Source: Octopus vulgaris (Eukaryota). From it: a stretch of DNA of 64,000 nucleotides. Under the pieces are notes generated by a model, which saw only the letters and a list, made by a program, of their open reading frames with translations, searched no databases and was not told the origin of the DNA. Below, piece after piece: positions 38,333 to 52,977 of this stretch. Location: positions 76,694,001-76,758,000 of the forward strand of contig OX597824.1 of assembly GCA_951406725.2 (NCBI GenBank), in the 5' to 3' direction. The stretch's first letter is position 1, and each line of letters starts with the position of its first letter. Position numbers and translations under genes: made by a program.

Positions 38333-38628
38333 CTCGAAAGCCAAAACAACGTTGAACTTAATGACTAACAAACTGAGGTCAGTGGTTATAATACAAGCCG
38401 TTTATGGTTTTCGAGCTATTTTATCTCTCATTTTTAGCAAAAGCGGTGCCAGTCAAAACCATCTGTTATTTTTGTGCCTTTAAGTTTTAATTGCTAATAA
38501 GCCACAATTTAAAATGTGTTATATATTCATATAGTTACCAGTGTAGCTATAGTTCATGTAAGTGCCAAGAATATTAAAGCCTACATCCCATCAGGGAAAA
38601 AGGGAACAAAACACCTCATATGTATATT

Positions 38629-38700
<72 letters not shown>

Positions 38701-38896
38701 TACACATATATATTCTACTAACTTAGACCCACCTGATTACAATCTGTTCTCCAGCTTGAAAACATTCTGGGAACCTATATCGCAGTGATAATGACGTCGT
38801 ACGATGAGTATAGGGGGATAAATTATCCAAGAGTGTAACTCCCGAATATATATATATATATATATATGTATGTATATATAAATGTATATATGTATA

Positions 38897-38963
<67 letters not shown>

Positions 38964-39140
38964 TAATAAATATTAGGGAATAAATCCAAATTTACAGGGA
39001 AAAAATCAGATTTAGGATTAAATCCAATTTTATAGTAAAATATTATATAATATTAATTCGAGACAAAACCACTATTTTGCAAAACAAACAAAGAAAGACT
39101 TAATCAATACATAAAAATTTTAATATAAAGAAATAAACCG

Positions 39141-39183
39141 CCACTACAATCGTTTCATGTCTTCAATGACATTCGTCAGGTGG
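39141..39183 (-). ncRNA. Type I hammerhead ribozyme (left arm of palindrome)
   Basis: Exact reverse complement of 39232-39274. Confidence 0.85.
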
Positions 39184-39231
39184 ATTTTCGATCTCCTAAT
39201 CTGTTTTAAAACAGATTAGGAGATCGAAAAT

Positions 39232-39274
39232 CCACCTGACGAATGTCATTGAAGACATGAAACGATTGTAGTGG
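39232..39274 (+). ncRNA. Type I hammerhead ribozyme (right arm of palindrome)
   Basis: ccac-CUGACGA-auguc auugaa gacau-GAAA-cgauug-UA-gugg. Confidence 0.88.
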
Positions 39275-39367
39275 CGGTTTATTTCTTTATATTAAAATTT
39301 TTATGTATTGATTAAGTCTTTCTTTGTTTGTTTTGCAAAATAGTGGTTTTGTCTCGAATTAATATTA

Positions 39368-39438
<71 letters not shown>

Positions 39439-39445
39439 ATATGTC

Positions 39446-39486
<41 letters not shown>

Positions 39487-39699
39487 GTGTACATTTAACA
39501 CAAGAGAAAACTACCTTTAACAGGTCATTTTTACATGCTAGAAGATGCGGTCAAAACAAACAAAACCACATATAACATCAATTTTCGAAGGGAATGAAAC
39601 CTAAAAACTTTTACCTTGTTATTTTTTGCGGTTATACCTAGGTTTCAAATTTCTTTATACATGCTAGGCCACTGGTGGTGAAATTTTAAAGAATATTCG

Positions 39700-39763
<64 letters not shown>

Positions 39764-40211
39764 TACATTTATACTGTATATATATATATATGGTGGACTC
39801 TCCCGTCGAAGACAATGTAATCACCTGCACAAATGGTTTATTTATAGTGATTCATCAAATGTTCAGGGCGCATATTAGCTCACTTTCCCCTTCCAATCGA
39901 CGTCGTCTGATATGGTGCACTGTGTACCACACGTCAGGTGTCGAAGCGATCGTAGAAAAACAACAGATGAAGAGTTTTGCTCAAGAACTCAACGCACCAC
40001 CTGGTTAAGGAATTGAAAATCCGATCTAGCGATCGTGAATGCAACACTCCAGCCACTATGCCCTGCAGTGACCTCACATACACGCGCGCATACACACACA
40101 CGTACGATGGAAGAAGTATACGGATAGCAAAGAGGACTATATTGAAAAATAAACCTCGTTTGGTCACATTCTATTAGAGTATCTTGGCCAGTCTATGAAC
40201 CTATCAGCCAG

Positions 40212-40268
<57 letters not shown>

Positions 40269-40911
40269 TTGTATGTGTCTCTTATAATTTATGTTCTTTA
40301 CACATTTATCTCGTTGCTAAAAAGTATTTTTACTTCTCATTCTTGTAGAGAGAATAGACATACATATATACACACATATATATTTCTACATACATACAGG
40401 CACACAATTGAATAAATACGTATTCATGAACTTCATTAGTTTACAGCTGTTTCGGCTACAATATGCAAGCACAGGACTGCCACCTACTACTAAAAGAAAA
40501 GAATCGCAGGAGCACCAACAAGACATGAGCGGTGCAGGTCTGGAGCCAACTCCTTGCCTTCGTTCTCAGAAGACCACCGCTATCCACCCTGCGGCAGAAA
40601 CCTCAGAGCCCTTATTGGTCTGGCTGGCCACATCCGGACACGTTATAACCCATCCTCTTCTTCCGTGTCACGTCTTAGTCATCGTCGACAATGACGGACG
40701 AACATTATTATACATATATTCAAAAACACTGACCAGGTTTTGATTTGTTGTGCACTCTCAGTGATGTTTAAATAACTTATTTCAGAGGATTAAAGTTGTA
40801 GTGCTTAGTTTCATATGATTCGTGCAACTACAAAGACACACATACACACACACACACACACATATGTATAAATATATATATATATACACACACACACATA
40901 TATATATATAT

Positions 40912-40958
<47 letters not shown>

Positions 40959-40987
40959 ATATATACATTTATATATATATATATATG

Positions 40988-41058
<71 letters not shown>

Positions 41059-41265
41059 GTGTGTGTATGTGTTTGTGTGTGCATGACGAACAAAAAAGCA
41101 GACAGTAGACAGATACATGATAATGGCGACATGAGGTTGGGCTTGAGAAGAAGTATAACACAGCATAGACATTTTCGCAGAGTTCGTAGAACTCATTAAT
41201 TTCAGGAAACCATAAAAGGCATAGAAGTAGAAATAAATAATAAAAAAAGCACACCAAATACAAAC

Positions 41266-41326
<61 letters not shown>

Positions 41327-41406
41327 CAACAACAACAGTAATAATAATAATGACAGTAATCGTGATGATGAAGATGATGATGATGGTAATGACAACAACA
41401 TCAATG

Positions 41407-41440
<34 letters not shown>

Positions 41441-41615
41441 CAATAATAATAATAATGACAGTAATCGTGATGATGAAGATGATGATGATGGTAATGACAA
41501 CAACATCAATGTGAATAATAATAATATTAATAATAATAATATTAATAATAATAATAATAACAACAACAGCAACAACAACAACAACGGCAATAATAATAAT
41601 AATAATAATAATAAT

Positions 41616-41657
<42 letters not shown>

Positions 41658-41666
41658 TATTATTAT

Positions 41667-41724
<58 letters not shown>

Positions 41725-41725
41725 G
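41266..41725. repeat. Compound (AAT)n/(GAT)n/(AAC)n tract with a duplicated block
   Basis: Block gacagtaatcgtgatgatgaagat...catcaatgtg occurs twice. Confidence 0.9.
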
Positions 41726-42390
41726 CCACAACACCATGGAATATAGAATGCAATGATGGACGTTAATCATAGCAGTCGGAAAAGCATTTAGGAATGGACA
41801 GTGATATAAATACAGCGAGATGATGAGAATGTTATAAAGTAGACGGACGAAAGTTTTGTAGATAAAACACAGAATGAGTAGGAAATTGTATAAAGAAAAA
41901 AGGCATGCAGTAATTAAATCGAGATATCGTTAAATTGGGTCAGAGCCAGCTTTACTATGCCTTCTGGTCTCCACCGGATATTGAATGCGTTTCGTCATCC
42001 TGAAAGAGCCCCTGAGCGCTTCTGGTGTCAAGGCAAGCAAGGTAGGTTCTCACATGTTGGCTGAGGGTTAAAACCTTTTGGCTGGAGGTTAACCCTTTTG
42101 TTATCACATTCCTGTTGAACTACGCTGCATTTATTTCAACTTAATTTGAAAATGATGTTTTTTTAAATAAACTATCCTGATCGCATTTATGCTGCTAATT
42201 GGAACATAAATTAACAGGAAATTTAAAATGCAAATTTTAATTTAGCTCTCTTTGTACATGAAGTTTTAATCATAGGGCAGGTTGGTATCCAAAGTGTTAC
42301 ATATAATTGATGGTTATACAGCGTAAAATTACTCTGACGAGCAATCTCTCTCTAGCATACTTCACTTTATATCATCCCATTTCTTCTCAT

Positions 42391-42500
42391 ACTTACTTAA
42401 GCACTTCTCTCCCAATGAAGCATAGGCCATCAACGTGTTTTCTCTAATTTTTTCGACACTGTGCTGTTTTTCTGCTTCTTCCCTACTCTTGTTGCTTTTG
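42391..42500 (-). mobile_element. RTE-clade LINE 3' end, interrupted by a SINE
   Basis: Minus strand reads gatggcctatgcttcattgggagagaagtgcttaagtaag. Confidence 0.45.
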
Positions 42501-43572
42501 TATTATCATATACTTCTCACTTCTTTATTGCCCACAGAGGGCCAAACATAGAGGGGACAATCCAGGACAGACAAAGTGATCCAGTCGATTACATCGACCC
42601 CAGTGTGCAACTGCTACTTAATTTATCGACCCCGAAAGGATGAAAGGCAAAGTCGACTTCGGCGGAATTTGAACTCAGAAAGTAGCAGCAGACGAAATGC
42701 CGCTAACCGTTTCGCCCGGCGTGCTAACGTTTCCGCCGGCTCGCCGCCTTATCATATACTTCTGTATTTGTATAAAGTATACTTCTGTATACTTTATACA
42801 TGTATGTATAAAGTATACTTCTATAAAGTATACATATGTGTATAGAGTATATGTATAAAGTATACTTCTGTAACTTTTCCCATTTTATGTAGGGGTGTTG
42901 GCCCTATGCAAACCCATTTTTACCTCTTCGAAGAAGTGGTCCATAGTAGTCTGGCATCTATCCTTTGAACTTTCCAGCATGGACGTAAATACATGCATAC
43001 AGACACACATTCATGCATACATACATTTATATGAATGAGTGTAGGTGGGGGTGGACGAACGTAGTAAGATCATCTACGGCAATGAAATCGTGTGTCTTAA
43101 CTTAAACCATTTGACCGTGCTGCCTACTGCATAAAAAACTCCACAACGTCGATGAACTAAATTTAAAATCTTCACCTAACAGACTAAGGTGCCATATAAC
43201 GGTGGTCTGTCAACGAAGAACTTAGTCTACGTAGTATGAAGATATGATATCATATCTAGTGATATCCATATCCAAACTTCGAACGATGTTGAACAAACAG
43301 GAAATAAAATATTCAATAACATTCCCCCTTTTTCCTCTCTCTCAAAATGTACTGAGAATTAAATCAAAACTCACTCGTTTTGGAAGCAATCATTAAGTAG
43401 TCAAGTGATAGCTTAATTAAGGAAGTTCTTGTAACAAAGTCGAAGACAAACTAACTGCGTGAGATAAAATCTGCACTCGATGAAAAAAAAACTACTATGA
43501 AAAAATGGAGTCGGACGGGGTGATGCATACCCACCGCGCAGATATTTTTTTTAAGCATCACCATTATAATTA

Positions 43573-43711
43573 TAAGGTTGTCCCAAAAGATCGTAGAAAG
43601 TCTTGGAAAATAATGGTCTTTATTTTGAGGAATAAATTTTGTTGTTTTTGTTAGTACTTGGCGAGTAAAAATTCAATTCGAAAGTGTTTACGAACTTTTG
43701 GGACAACCTAA
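43573..43711. mobile_element. Mariner-derived MITE
   Basis: TIRs taaggttgtcccaaaagatcgta / tacgaacttttgggacaacctaa with TA flanks. Confidence 0.8.
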
Positions 43712-44298
43712 TATTTATACTCCGGTGAAATTAAGAAATCAACTCGTAAATAAACAAAAACCTCAAATCCGTCATTGTACATACACGCACGCACACACAC
43801 ACACAGAGTCGCATATCGATGTATGTATTTATGTATATTTGGAGATAAACCAAATTTTCATCATTTTGAGCAAACTCACCCGATGAGTATTTCTGCCAAA
43901 TTTGTTGAAAATCCGTTCAGCTGTTTTCCAGTACTTTTGCAAACACACAGACAAACAAACAAACAATGACGAGTGAATACCCTGCTTTTGCTTACACGCA
44001 CAGAGTAATAATAATTTTTGCTTCAAATTTTGGCACAAGGCCAGTGATTAGACAAGTCATTTACCTTATGTCACTTCTGAAACAGCAAAAGTCAAGGTGA
44101 CGTCAGCAGGATTTTAAATTAGAACGTAAAGAGCCATAATAAACATTTCTTCCAAAACTAACAATTTTACCGGCTGGTTGTCTTGCGCCATTTTGATAAT
44201 AATGTTTTCTAATTGATGCAAAAGGCCAGTTTTTTTCACGCGTGGGGATTAGTCAATATAATCGATCTCAGTATATGATCTCAGTACTTTATTATTAT

Positions 44299-44900
44299 GT
44301 CTATTTCTTTACTACCCACAAGGGGCTAAACACAGAGAGGAAAATCAAGGACATACAAACGGATTAAGTCGATTATATCGACCCCAGTGCGTAACTGGTA
44401 CTTAATTTATCGACCCCAAAAGGATGAAAGGCAAAGTCGACCTCGGCGGAATTTGAACTCAGAACCTAATGGCAGATGAAATACCTATTTCTTTACTACC
44501 CACAAGGAGCTAAACACAGAGAGGACAAACAAGGACAGACACACGAATTAATGTCGATTACATCGACTCCAGTGCGTAACTGGTACTTAATTTATCTACC
44601 ACTAAAGGATGAAAGGCAAAGTCGACCTCGGCGGAATTTGAACTCAGAACGTAACGGCAGACGAAATACCTATTTCTTTATTACCCACAAGGGGCTAAAC
44701 ATAGAGGAAACAAACATGGACAGACATAGGTATTAAGTCGATTACATCGACCCCAGTGCGTGACTGGTACTTAATTTATCGACCACTAAAGGATGAAAGT
44801 CAAAGTCGACTTCGGCGGAATTTGAACTCAGAACGTAACGGCAGACGAAATACCGCTAAGCATTTCACCCGGCGTGCTAACGTTTCTGCCAGCTCACCGC
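44299..44900 (-). mobile_element. SINE family A trimer nested in an older SINE
   Basis: TSD ctttattattat (44287-44298 / 44901-44912). Confidence 0.9.
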
Positions 44901-46224
44901 CTTTATTATTATATCGACCACAAAAGGATGAAAAGCAAAGCTGACCTCAGCGTAATTTGAATTCAGGACATAAAAAAGTCAAAAGAAATATCGCAAAGCT
45001 TTTGGCCGACGTGCAAACGCTTGTCAATCTGAAAATAAAGCATTGTTTAAAACGCAAAAATGTCAGCAATAGTTTAGAATAATTAGATTAAATAACGTTG
45101 TTTCTCTTTATATTTTTCAGTCTTTAGACTGCGGTCATGCTGGGGCACCGACTTAAGGTGCTTTTTATTCGGATGAATCGACCTAAGTACTTATTTATAA
45201 GCCTGGCACTCATTCTGTCGGTTTCTTTTTGCCGAAGCTCTATATTATATAGACGCAACAAACCAACACCGGTTGTCAAGCAGTGGTGACGAACAAACAC
45301 AACATACAACATCCATGCGTGCATTCAAACACACGCTACATACACAACACATACACGTACATACATATACACGTACACACACATATATCTGCATATATAT
45401 ATGTATATATATACAGCGGGCTTGTTTCAGTTTTTCCGTCTACCATATCCACTCACAAGGCTTTGGTTGGCCTGGGGTTATAATAGAAGACACTTACCCA
45501 AGATGACGCGCCGTGAGACTGAACCCAAGCCAATCACAAACTTCTTACTACACAGCCACGCCTGCGTCTGAGGAAAAAAACTTAATAGAAGAATATATTG
45601 AATAATTTTGTGAAATCTAATTTGAAAGAAATGAACGGCGGTTTCCTCTAAAATTGAAATTTGACTGGATATACCATTTTTCATAACTCATAGTTTTAGA
45701 AATCTCGCTTAATAAGCTATTTTGCAGAAATAATAGTAGAAAAGTTTTTGGCGTGACACCAGTCAAATATATTCTGTCTCTGTTTGGAAATTAGACTAAA
45801 ACTATTTTTGCAGTATTTCCAAATATTTTCTTGTCTCGTATACAATAATATCAAATTCTCATATTCCATTTTTGTTTGAATTAATTTTAGAAATAATGGA
45901 ACAATTTTTATTTAGAAAGACACGAATTACTTTGTGTTAAGAAAAATTGTTCTATTATGAAACATTGGCTTATAACAAACAGAGATTTTTAAAATACTGA
46001 TTTATTTATTTATTTTGGCTTTTTGCCTAAAAATTGATCTCAATTAGCTAAACTTATCAACAATTTATCATAGGCTCAGGAGTGGCTGTGTGTTAAGTAG
46101 CTTGCTTCCCGATAACATGGTTTCAGGTTCAGTCCCCTTCGGCAAGTGTCTTCTACTCTATCTTCAAAGAAGTGTACATGCCTTGTGAGTGGATTTCGTA
46201 GACGGAAACTGAAAGAAGCCCGTC

Positions 46225-46291
<67 letters not shown>

Positions 46292-46294
46292 CGT

Positions 46295-46335
<41 letters not shown>

Positions 46336-46884
46336 AATTCGTTACAGGTAAAAATTCGTTATTGGAAATTATTTTTTCTCTCTTTTGGGATCCTTCAAAA
46401 AGTTTGAATTGTTCTTTTTGAACTTATTTTTCTCTAAGATTGATCCAGGCCCTATCTAACATAATAGCACCATCTGATAGGATTATAGGATTATCTAAAA
46501 CCTTTTAAAGTCAAGTTTTGTGGTATCATGGTCCATTCGAGTAGGAAGTTCTTCATGAATGAGTTGTATCTAGGGATAGGTGGTCTATCTGGTATTTCTT
46601 GACGAAATTTGTCTCGATTCCGTTTAAAGGTAATGAGATCCTTTTCCTCTTTGATCCGTTTCAGGACAATAGGGCAGGGTTTGTTGAGGAAAAGACAAAT
46701 TGTGTTACAGTGTATTTAGGTGCTGTGATCCTGAATTGGGTAGGGGACGTATGGCCCGTGGTCCTTGCCTTGGAAGAATTTTGAAGCTAATATTGAGGTC
46801 GTTTGGGCAATGCTGTTATTATTATTATTATTGTTATTATTATTATTATTATTATCATTATTATCATTATTATTATCATTATTA

Positions 46885-46958
<74 letters not shown>

Positions 46959-46964
46959 GTTATT

Positions 46965-47521
46965 GAGTGAGAGAGCAGTGCATGCCATCAAACTGACACT
47001 GGGGTAAAATATACGAAGCCCAATATACCCATCATGACTACCGGTCTGATAAGAGTACACCAGGCACATCCATCACAACCATATGTGCGTGACATGGTGA
47101 TCTCATATCAAGATTAACAGCGCATGACCTTGCAGGTGGGGCTCAGTTAGAATTTTCTTAAGGTCGAGTAGCCCATTTCACGCGAAATGTCCCTGAATAA
47201 GGATTGTTTAAGGATGTTGAATGAAACACCCATGCTTCCAGAGGTGAATTATTCAAACCCCAGAGAATCCCTCTCAACACATGGCTATGATGCTCCCCCC
47301 ACTACTTCTGCTCGTGATCAGAGATGCACATAACGTCAGCCACTAAGGGACATGCTGAACTGGTTAAGGTCAAGCAACTGATAAGCAAATCTGTGGTATT
47401 GAGCAGAAAATTTGCTGTAGCCCATCTTTTATACCAAGACAAAACAATGTACATGATAACACCTCCAATCAGTTAAGATCAGAAGCCACGAGAGCCACTG
47501 CCTGGTACTGCATCAGGGCAC
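46965..47521 (-). mobile_element. About 555-bp non-coding interspersed element flanked by (ATT/AAT)n
   Basis: Reverse-complement homolog of 59607-60146; both copies abut trinucleotide tracts and neither has an ORF. Confidence 0.8.
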
Positions 47522-47540
47522 ATCATTATCATTATCATCA

Positions 47541-47626
<86 letters not shown>

Positions 47627-47643
47627 GTAGTTGTTGTTGTTGT

Positions 47644-47709
<66 letters not shown>

Positions 47710-47726
47710 CATTATTATTATTTTTG

Positions 47727-47757
<31 letters not shown>

Positions 47758-47927
47758 CATTATTATTATTATTATCATTGATATTATTATTATGGACGTC
47801 GCACAGTATACACTATCATGAGGTTGTTGGTCGAAGATATTGTGACTAGCGGGGGTTTGTACTGTTTGTCAAGTCACAACAAGGATCTGCGACAGACAGT
47901 ACTTTAATAATAATAATAATAATAATA

Positions 47928-47977
<50 letters not shown>

Positions 47978-47983
47978 GTAGTA

Positions 47984-48057
<74 letters not shown>

Positions 48058-48423
48058 CGTTGTTGTTATTGTTGTTGTTCGTTGTTGTACATTGTTTTCT
48101 CTTTCTCTTGTTGACACACTTCTTTCTTCTGTTTTTTTTTTCTACTTTTTAATAATAAAGAGTATCACCTGAAGCATCAGATTCTTTCAGTCCATCTACC
48201 TCTTCTGTATTAAGCTTCCATGTACACTTCTTTGCTTCTTGTTCTTTCTCTTTTATATTTCTATTATTTTTTCAGACTCATGCTTTCGCTTGCCTGAGTC
48301 CGTGTACTAATTTTTGTTCGTCTGTTTTGTTTTTCTGCTTTGCCTTACGAGCTTACACGTGATATTTTATGATGTTTTTATCTATCAATCGATCGATCTG
48401 TTTGTGTGTGTATACATACATAC

Positions 48424-48489
<66 letters not shown>

Positions 48490-48575
48490 ACACACATATG
48501 CATATACATACATATATGTATACATATATATTTATACATATAGAGAGCGATAGGGAGAAGGATATTTATATACAC

Positions 48576-48623
<48 letters not shown>

Positions 48624-49364
48624 ATGTGTTTGTATGTGTGTGTGTGCGTGTGTGTGTGTATACGTGTGTATCCACGTATATCTTTATTTATCAATCTATT
48701 TATTTGTATATGTACACCCACACACGCATATATATATATATATATACATTCTTTGTAAATTATAAATTCTATCACCTTCAATAATCAACCTAGATATTAG
48801 AGTGGTGAATAAGTTGGGATGTAGCTACGAGTGACGCAAAAATCCTTCGATGAGAGAGAGAGAGAGAGAGAGTAATGCAACTAACAATATTATAGCCCCG
48901 GGGACCAGTAACTGTTTACAAATAATAAATAAAGCAAGACCTTAAATAAGTAATGATGGCGTCGTAAATATTAAATTTAGATAAGTAGGTTACTATACAA
49001 GCCATAAATAAATAGATCAAGTGTAACAATATAATATAAATAATAATGTTACTGTAAGAAATATATAGCGAAAATATATTTATGTGTACAGATATGTAGG
49101 AAAAATCTAAGTTGTAAAGATAAAAAAAATTGAAATAATATAAAGAATAGAAAAAGTAATGATCGAAAACTGACAAAGTTCGATGATCGTGGTGTGAAGA
49201 TAATATAAAGCTGTGCCGTAAAGGGATGCGCAGAAGTGATAAAAGGATGAAATAAAATCTAAATAAAGGAGACAATGTATTCTCAATTCAGTTAAAGTAA
49301 GGAGTTACATGAATGTATATAAGTACTATAAGGGTATGTATGTACGTGTAAACATGTGTGTATG

Positions 49365-49431
<67 letters not shown>

Positions 49432-49553
49432 GTATATTTAAAGGTCTAAAAACCACTAGGTGGTCAGCCGTATGCTAGAAGTAGATCACCTACGATGATC
49501 AAACTACAAAGAAAAGAATGTTCTCTAGAGGAAAATTCAGTGGACACCAGAAC

Positions 49554-49594
<41 letters not shown>

Positions 49595-49761
49595 GTAATG
49601 TTTATATGCCAACATAACGTGGCAGTCCTGCAGAGGACTATGTTATTGTTGTTTTAGCTCCAGGAAAACATCCTTTTCAGTTGGCTAAAATCACAGTCTG
49701 TGTCCGTATATAGTATTTGCATGGGAGGTCATCGCTCCCATCTCTGGTCTTACGTGATACA

Positions 49762-49801
49762 CACAGACCTAAGTTTCTGAAAGTTATCCGTCCTCAGTGT
49801 G
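49762..49801 (-). ncRNA. Type I hammerhead ribozyme (weakened stem II)
   Basis: caca-CUGAGGA-cggauaacuuuca-GAAA-cuuagg-UC-ugug; within a TA-adjacent unit at about 49592-49820. Confidence 0.72.
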
Positions 49802-50900
49802 AGACAATCACCAGCTTTCTCTTTATTATAGGCACAAGGCCTGAATACAGAGGGGACATACACAAACGTGCGGGAACAAAAAAACATATGAAAGAATAAA
49901 TTACAATGAATTAAATTATAATGAATATAAGACGGTTTTCTCGGTCCCGCTCCGAGACGAAACCGCGATTTCTTTTTACAATTGTTTAATTGTTTTTTAC
50001 AGTCTTTTTTCCCCCTTTTCAGCTTGTTCTTTTTCTTAGTTTTTTTTCTTCTTCTTTTTTTTTGTATCGTTTTTTTTTTCTTCTTTTTTCTTTATACATT
50101 TTAACAGTCTATTTTCCTTGGTTTTTGTTTTTTGAAGTACAAATTATACCTACTTATTTTTAAATGTTCATAAAGGGTTTCAAATCTTCTAATTCCACGA
50201 CCAGTGGGAGCTCGTCAAACTCGACTTCAACCCCCAGCGGGTCTATGAAAAGTCCATACATCTCTCTTAATTTCAAATGTTTCTCTTTATGACTATTCCT
50301 TTAGGGTATTTTCCTGGCGGTAGCTTTACTCTTATTACCGATTTATATTTTACAATCGTTTTCTCTATTTCTTTACTTTTGGAATACGTGACCAAATGCC
50401 ACTTATATCTCTTCTTTTTCACTTCTGATTGCTTCGGCTCCCGTCCTGATCTGTTCGGGCGTGCTGAAACATCATAACCAATTTTATAAACGCTTCCTTT
50501 TTCTCCCTGTTGTAATGCTGTTTTAGGTGGCGAGCTGGCAGAAACGTTAGCACGCCAGGCGAAATGCTTAGCGGTATTGCATCTGTCGTTACGTTCTGAG
50601 TTCAAATTCCGCCGAGGTCGACTTTGCCTTTCATCCTTTCGGGGTCGATAAATTAAGTACCAGTTACGCACTGGGGTCGATGTAATCGACTTAATCCGTT
50701 TGTCTGTCCTTGTTTGTCCCCTCTATGTTTATCCCCTTGTGGGCAATAAAGAAACAGTTGTAATGCTATTTTTTCATGTGTGCCTTCTTTCCCCACTGCT
50801 TCACACCTATTTCTCTTTTCTTCCATCACAATCTCCTTTAGCCATTTTTGACTGTCTGGTGAAGAAATCACCCGTTCCTTTCTCTTCCTCGTGTTTACTA

Positions 50901-51229
50901 CTGTGAGACAACCACCAGCTAGTGACGAAAGTTACCTCCACTCGCAAAAACACTATTATATTTTTTAAGCGATACACAGTCGCTGATCTTGTATCGAGAA
51001 AGACAACATGTTTTAAATCTCTGAGCAAGAGAAATACAGTAACAGTGCCGGATAGTAAAGTTTATATGCCAAACTAACGTGGTAGTTCTGTAAAGGATGG
51101 TGTTACTATTGCTTTAGACAGAGGAAAACATCATTTCCAGCTGGTTAACGACACACAGTGGAGATAGCTTTCGTCACCAGCTGGTGATTGTCTCATACTG
51201 AGGACGGATAATATCCAGAAACCTAGGTC
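50901..51229. mobile_element. Retrozyme/pLTR-like unit of the 49592-49820 family, permuted and with an inverted end
   Basis: About 50903-50942 is inverted at about 51157-51195, and 51055-51155 matches 49595-49695. Confidence 0.65.
51194..51229 (+). ncRNA. Hammerhead core truncated at the predicted cleavage site
   Basis: caua-CUGAGGA-cggau aau aucca-GAAA-ccuagg-UC; homology to the 49762-49801 copy stops right after GUC. Confidence 0.65.
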
Positions 51230-51233
51230 GTAG

Positions 51234-51296
<63 letters not shown>

Positions 51297-52944
51297 TATA
51301 TACATATATACATACATATATATATAATTATATATATATATATATAAATATATATATACACACATATATATACATATATATTTTTATGTACGTATACATG
51401 TGTGTGTGAGTAGTGAGGGTTTTACGAGGTCGGTGTGCAAATCCTATCACAACCTTCTTTTAGTCACCTTTTACGATAGACAGAGGAAACGTTCGTATAT
51501 TTTAGGTATGCCTTTCCTCACACAGCATTAGAGCAACGTGAAATGAAGTGTCTTGCTGAAGAATACCAGACGCCGCCAGGTCCGGGTATCGAAAAGCACG
51601 GTCTGGTGATCCTGAGTGCAACACCCTGCCCACTAAGTCACTAAGATGTGCATGATAATTAATATGTAATAAAATATCTCTATGGATAATAATTCTTAAA
51701 GAATTAGTAAGTTTTGTTTTTTAAATTGAAGCACACCCGTATTAATTCGAACATCAGTGAGCTTAGGTGAATTATTATATTTTTGTTACTCAGTTCATTC
51801 AGCTGACAAAAATGAGTAGTGCCTGTATTTCAAAGGGTCAGTTTTGTTATATTCTGTGGGACACTGAATCTCCCTGGGAACTACGTTAAATGTACTCGTG
51901 TCTGTGGAATGCTCGGGCGCTTGCACGTTACTTTGATGAGCAGGTTGTTTGCTTGATCGTAATTAACGGAGTAGTAAGGCGGCGAGCTGGCAGAAACGTT
52001 AGCACGCCGGGCGAAATGCGTAGCCTTACTTCGTCTGCCGTTACGTTCTGAGTTGAAATTCCGACGAGATCGACTTTGCCTTTCATCCTTTCGGGGTCGA
52101 TAAATTAAGTACCAGCTACGCACTGGGGTCGATGTATTCGACTTAATCCGTTTGTCTGTCCTTGTTTGTCCCCTCTATGTTTAGCCCCTTGTGGGTAATA
52201 AAGAAACAGATCTTAACGGAGTAACATTATTTTTCATCAAAGAAGTACTGCTTTTTACCGTATTTATTAACGAAGTACCGGTGAATGAATTCAGAAGTAA
52301 ATATACAAGATTCTATATTTGTTATTCATAGAAAACCAATTATTGAATGAAGAAATATTTCTAAGTCCCCGTTCACATGAAAAGCAACGGAATAGTTGAT
52401 GTTACTATATTCAATACATGAATCTGTGTAAGCTAGATATAAATAACTTGCGGTAAAGAAAAATCATATATTCTCATACTTTTTTTAAGTACGAGGGAAA
52501 ACTCAGGAGTACATGTTTCAATTTTATTCTCACCTTTACACAGAATAGTCTTCAATGTACTTGACAAAGTACCTCTGAAAATGATTTTTACAAACACAAA
52601 ATGCCAAGTACAATAAATTATTCCTTCATTCGCTAATCGGATCAACTCACGTGAAAATAATTTATTTGACGGCCTGCAAAATAACTTTTACTTTCATATT
52701 TTTCACTGAAGTTGTGCTTCCGGTTATAACTTTTATCACAGGCTTCAATTATTTTGTGTCGTTTAAAATTGCTGTTGTTACGTACGTTCGTACGCACACT
52801 TACTTACAAAATTATGTATATGTATGAGTCTATGTACGTATATATATACATATATATATATACTTACACACAAACGCGCGCAAACACCACGTATAGATAC
52901 ATACACACACACACACTCACACAAACACACACACATATGCATGC

Positions 52945-52977
<33 letters not shown>

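Larger units (their letters stand above)
39044..39371. repeat. Spacerless 328-bp palindrome (inverted pLTR-like pair) within a TA-flanked insert at about 38957-39371
   Basis: Centre ctgtttt|aaaacag at 39207/39208; no mismatch seen by eye between the arms out to 39044/39371. Confidence 0.92.
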
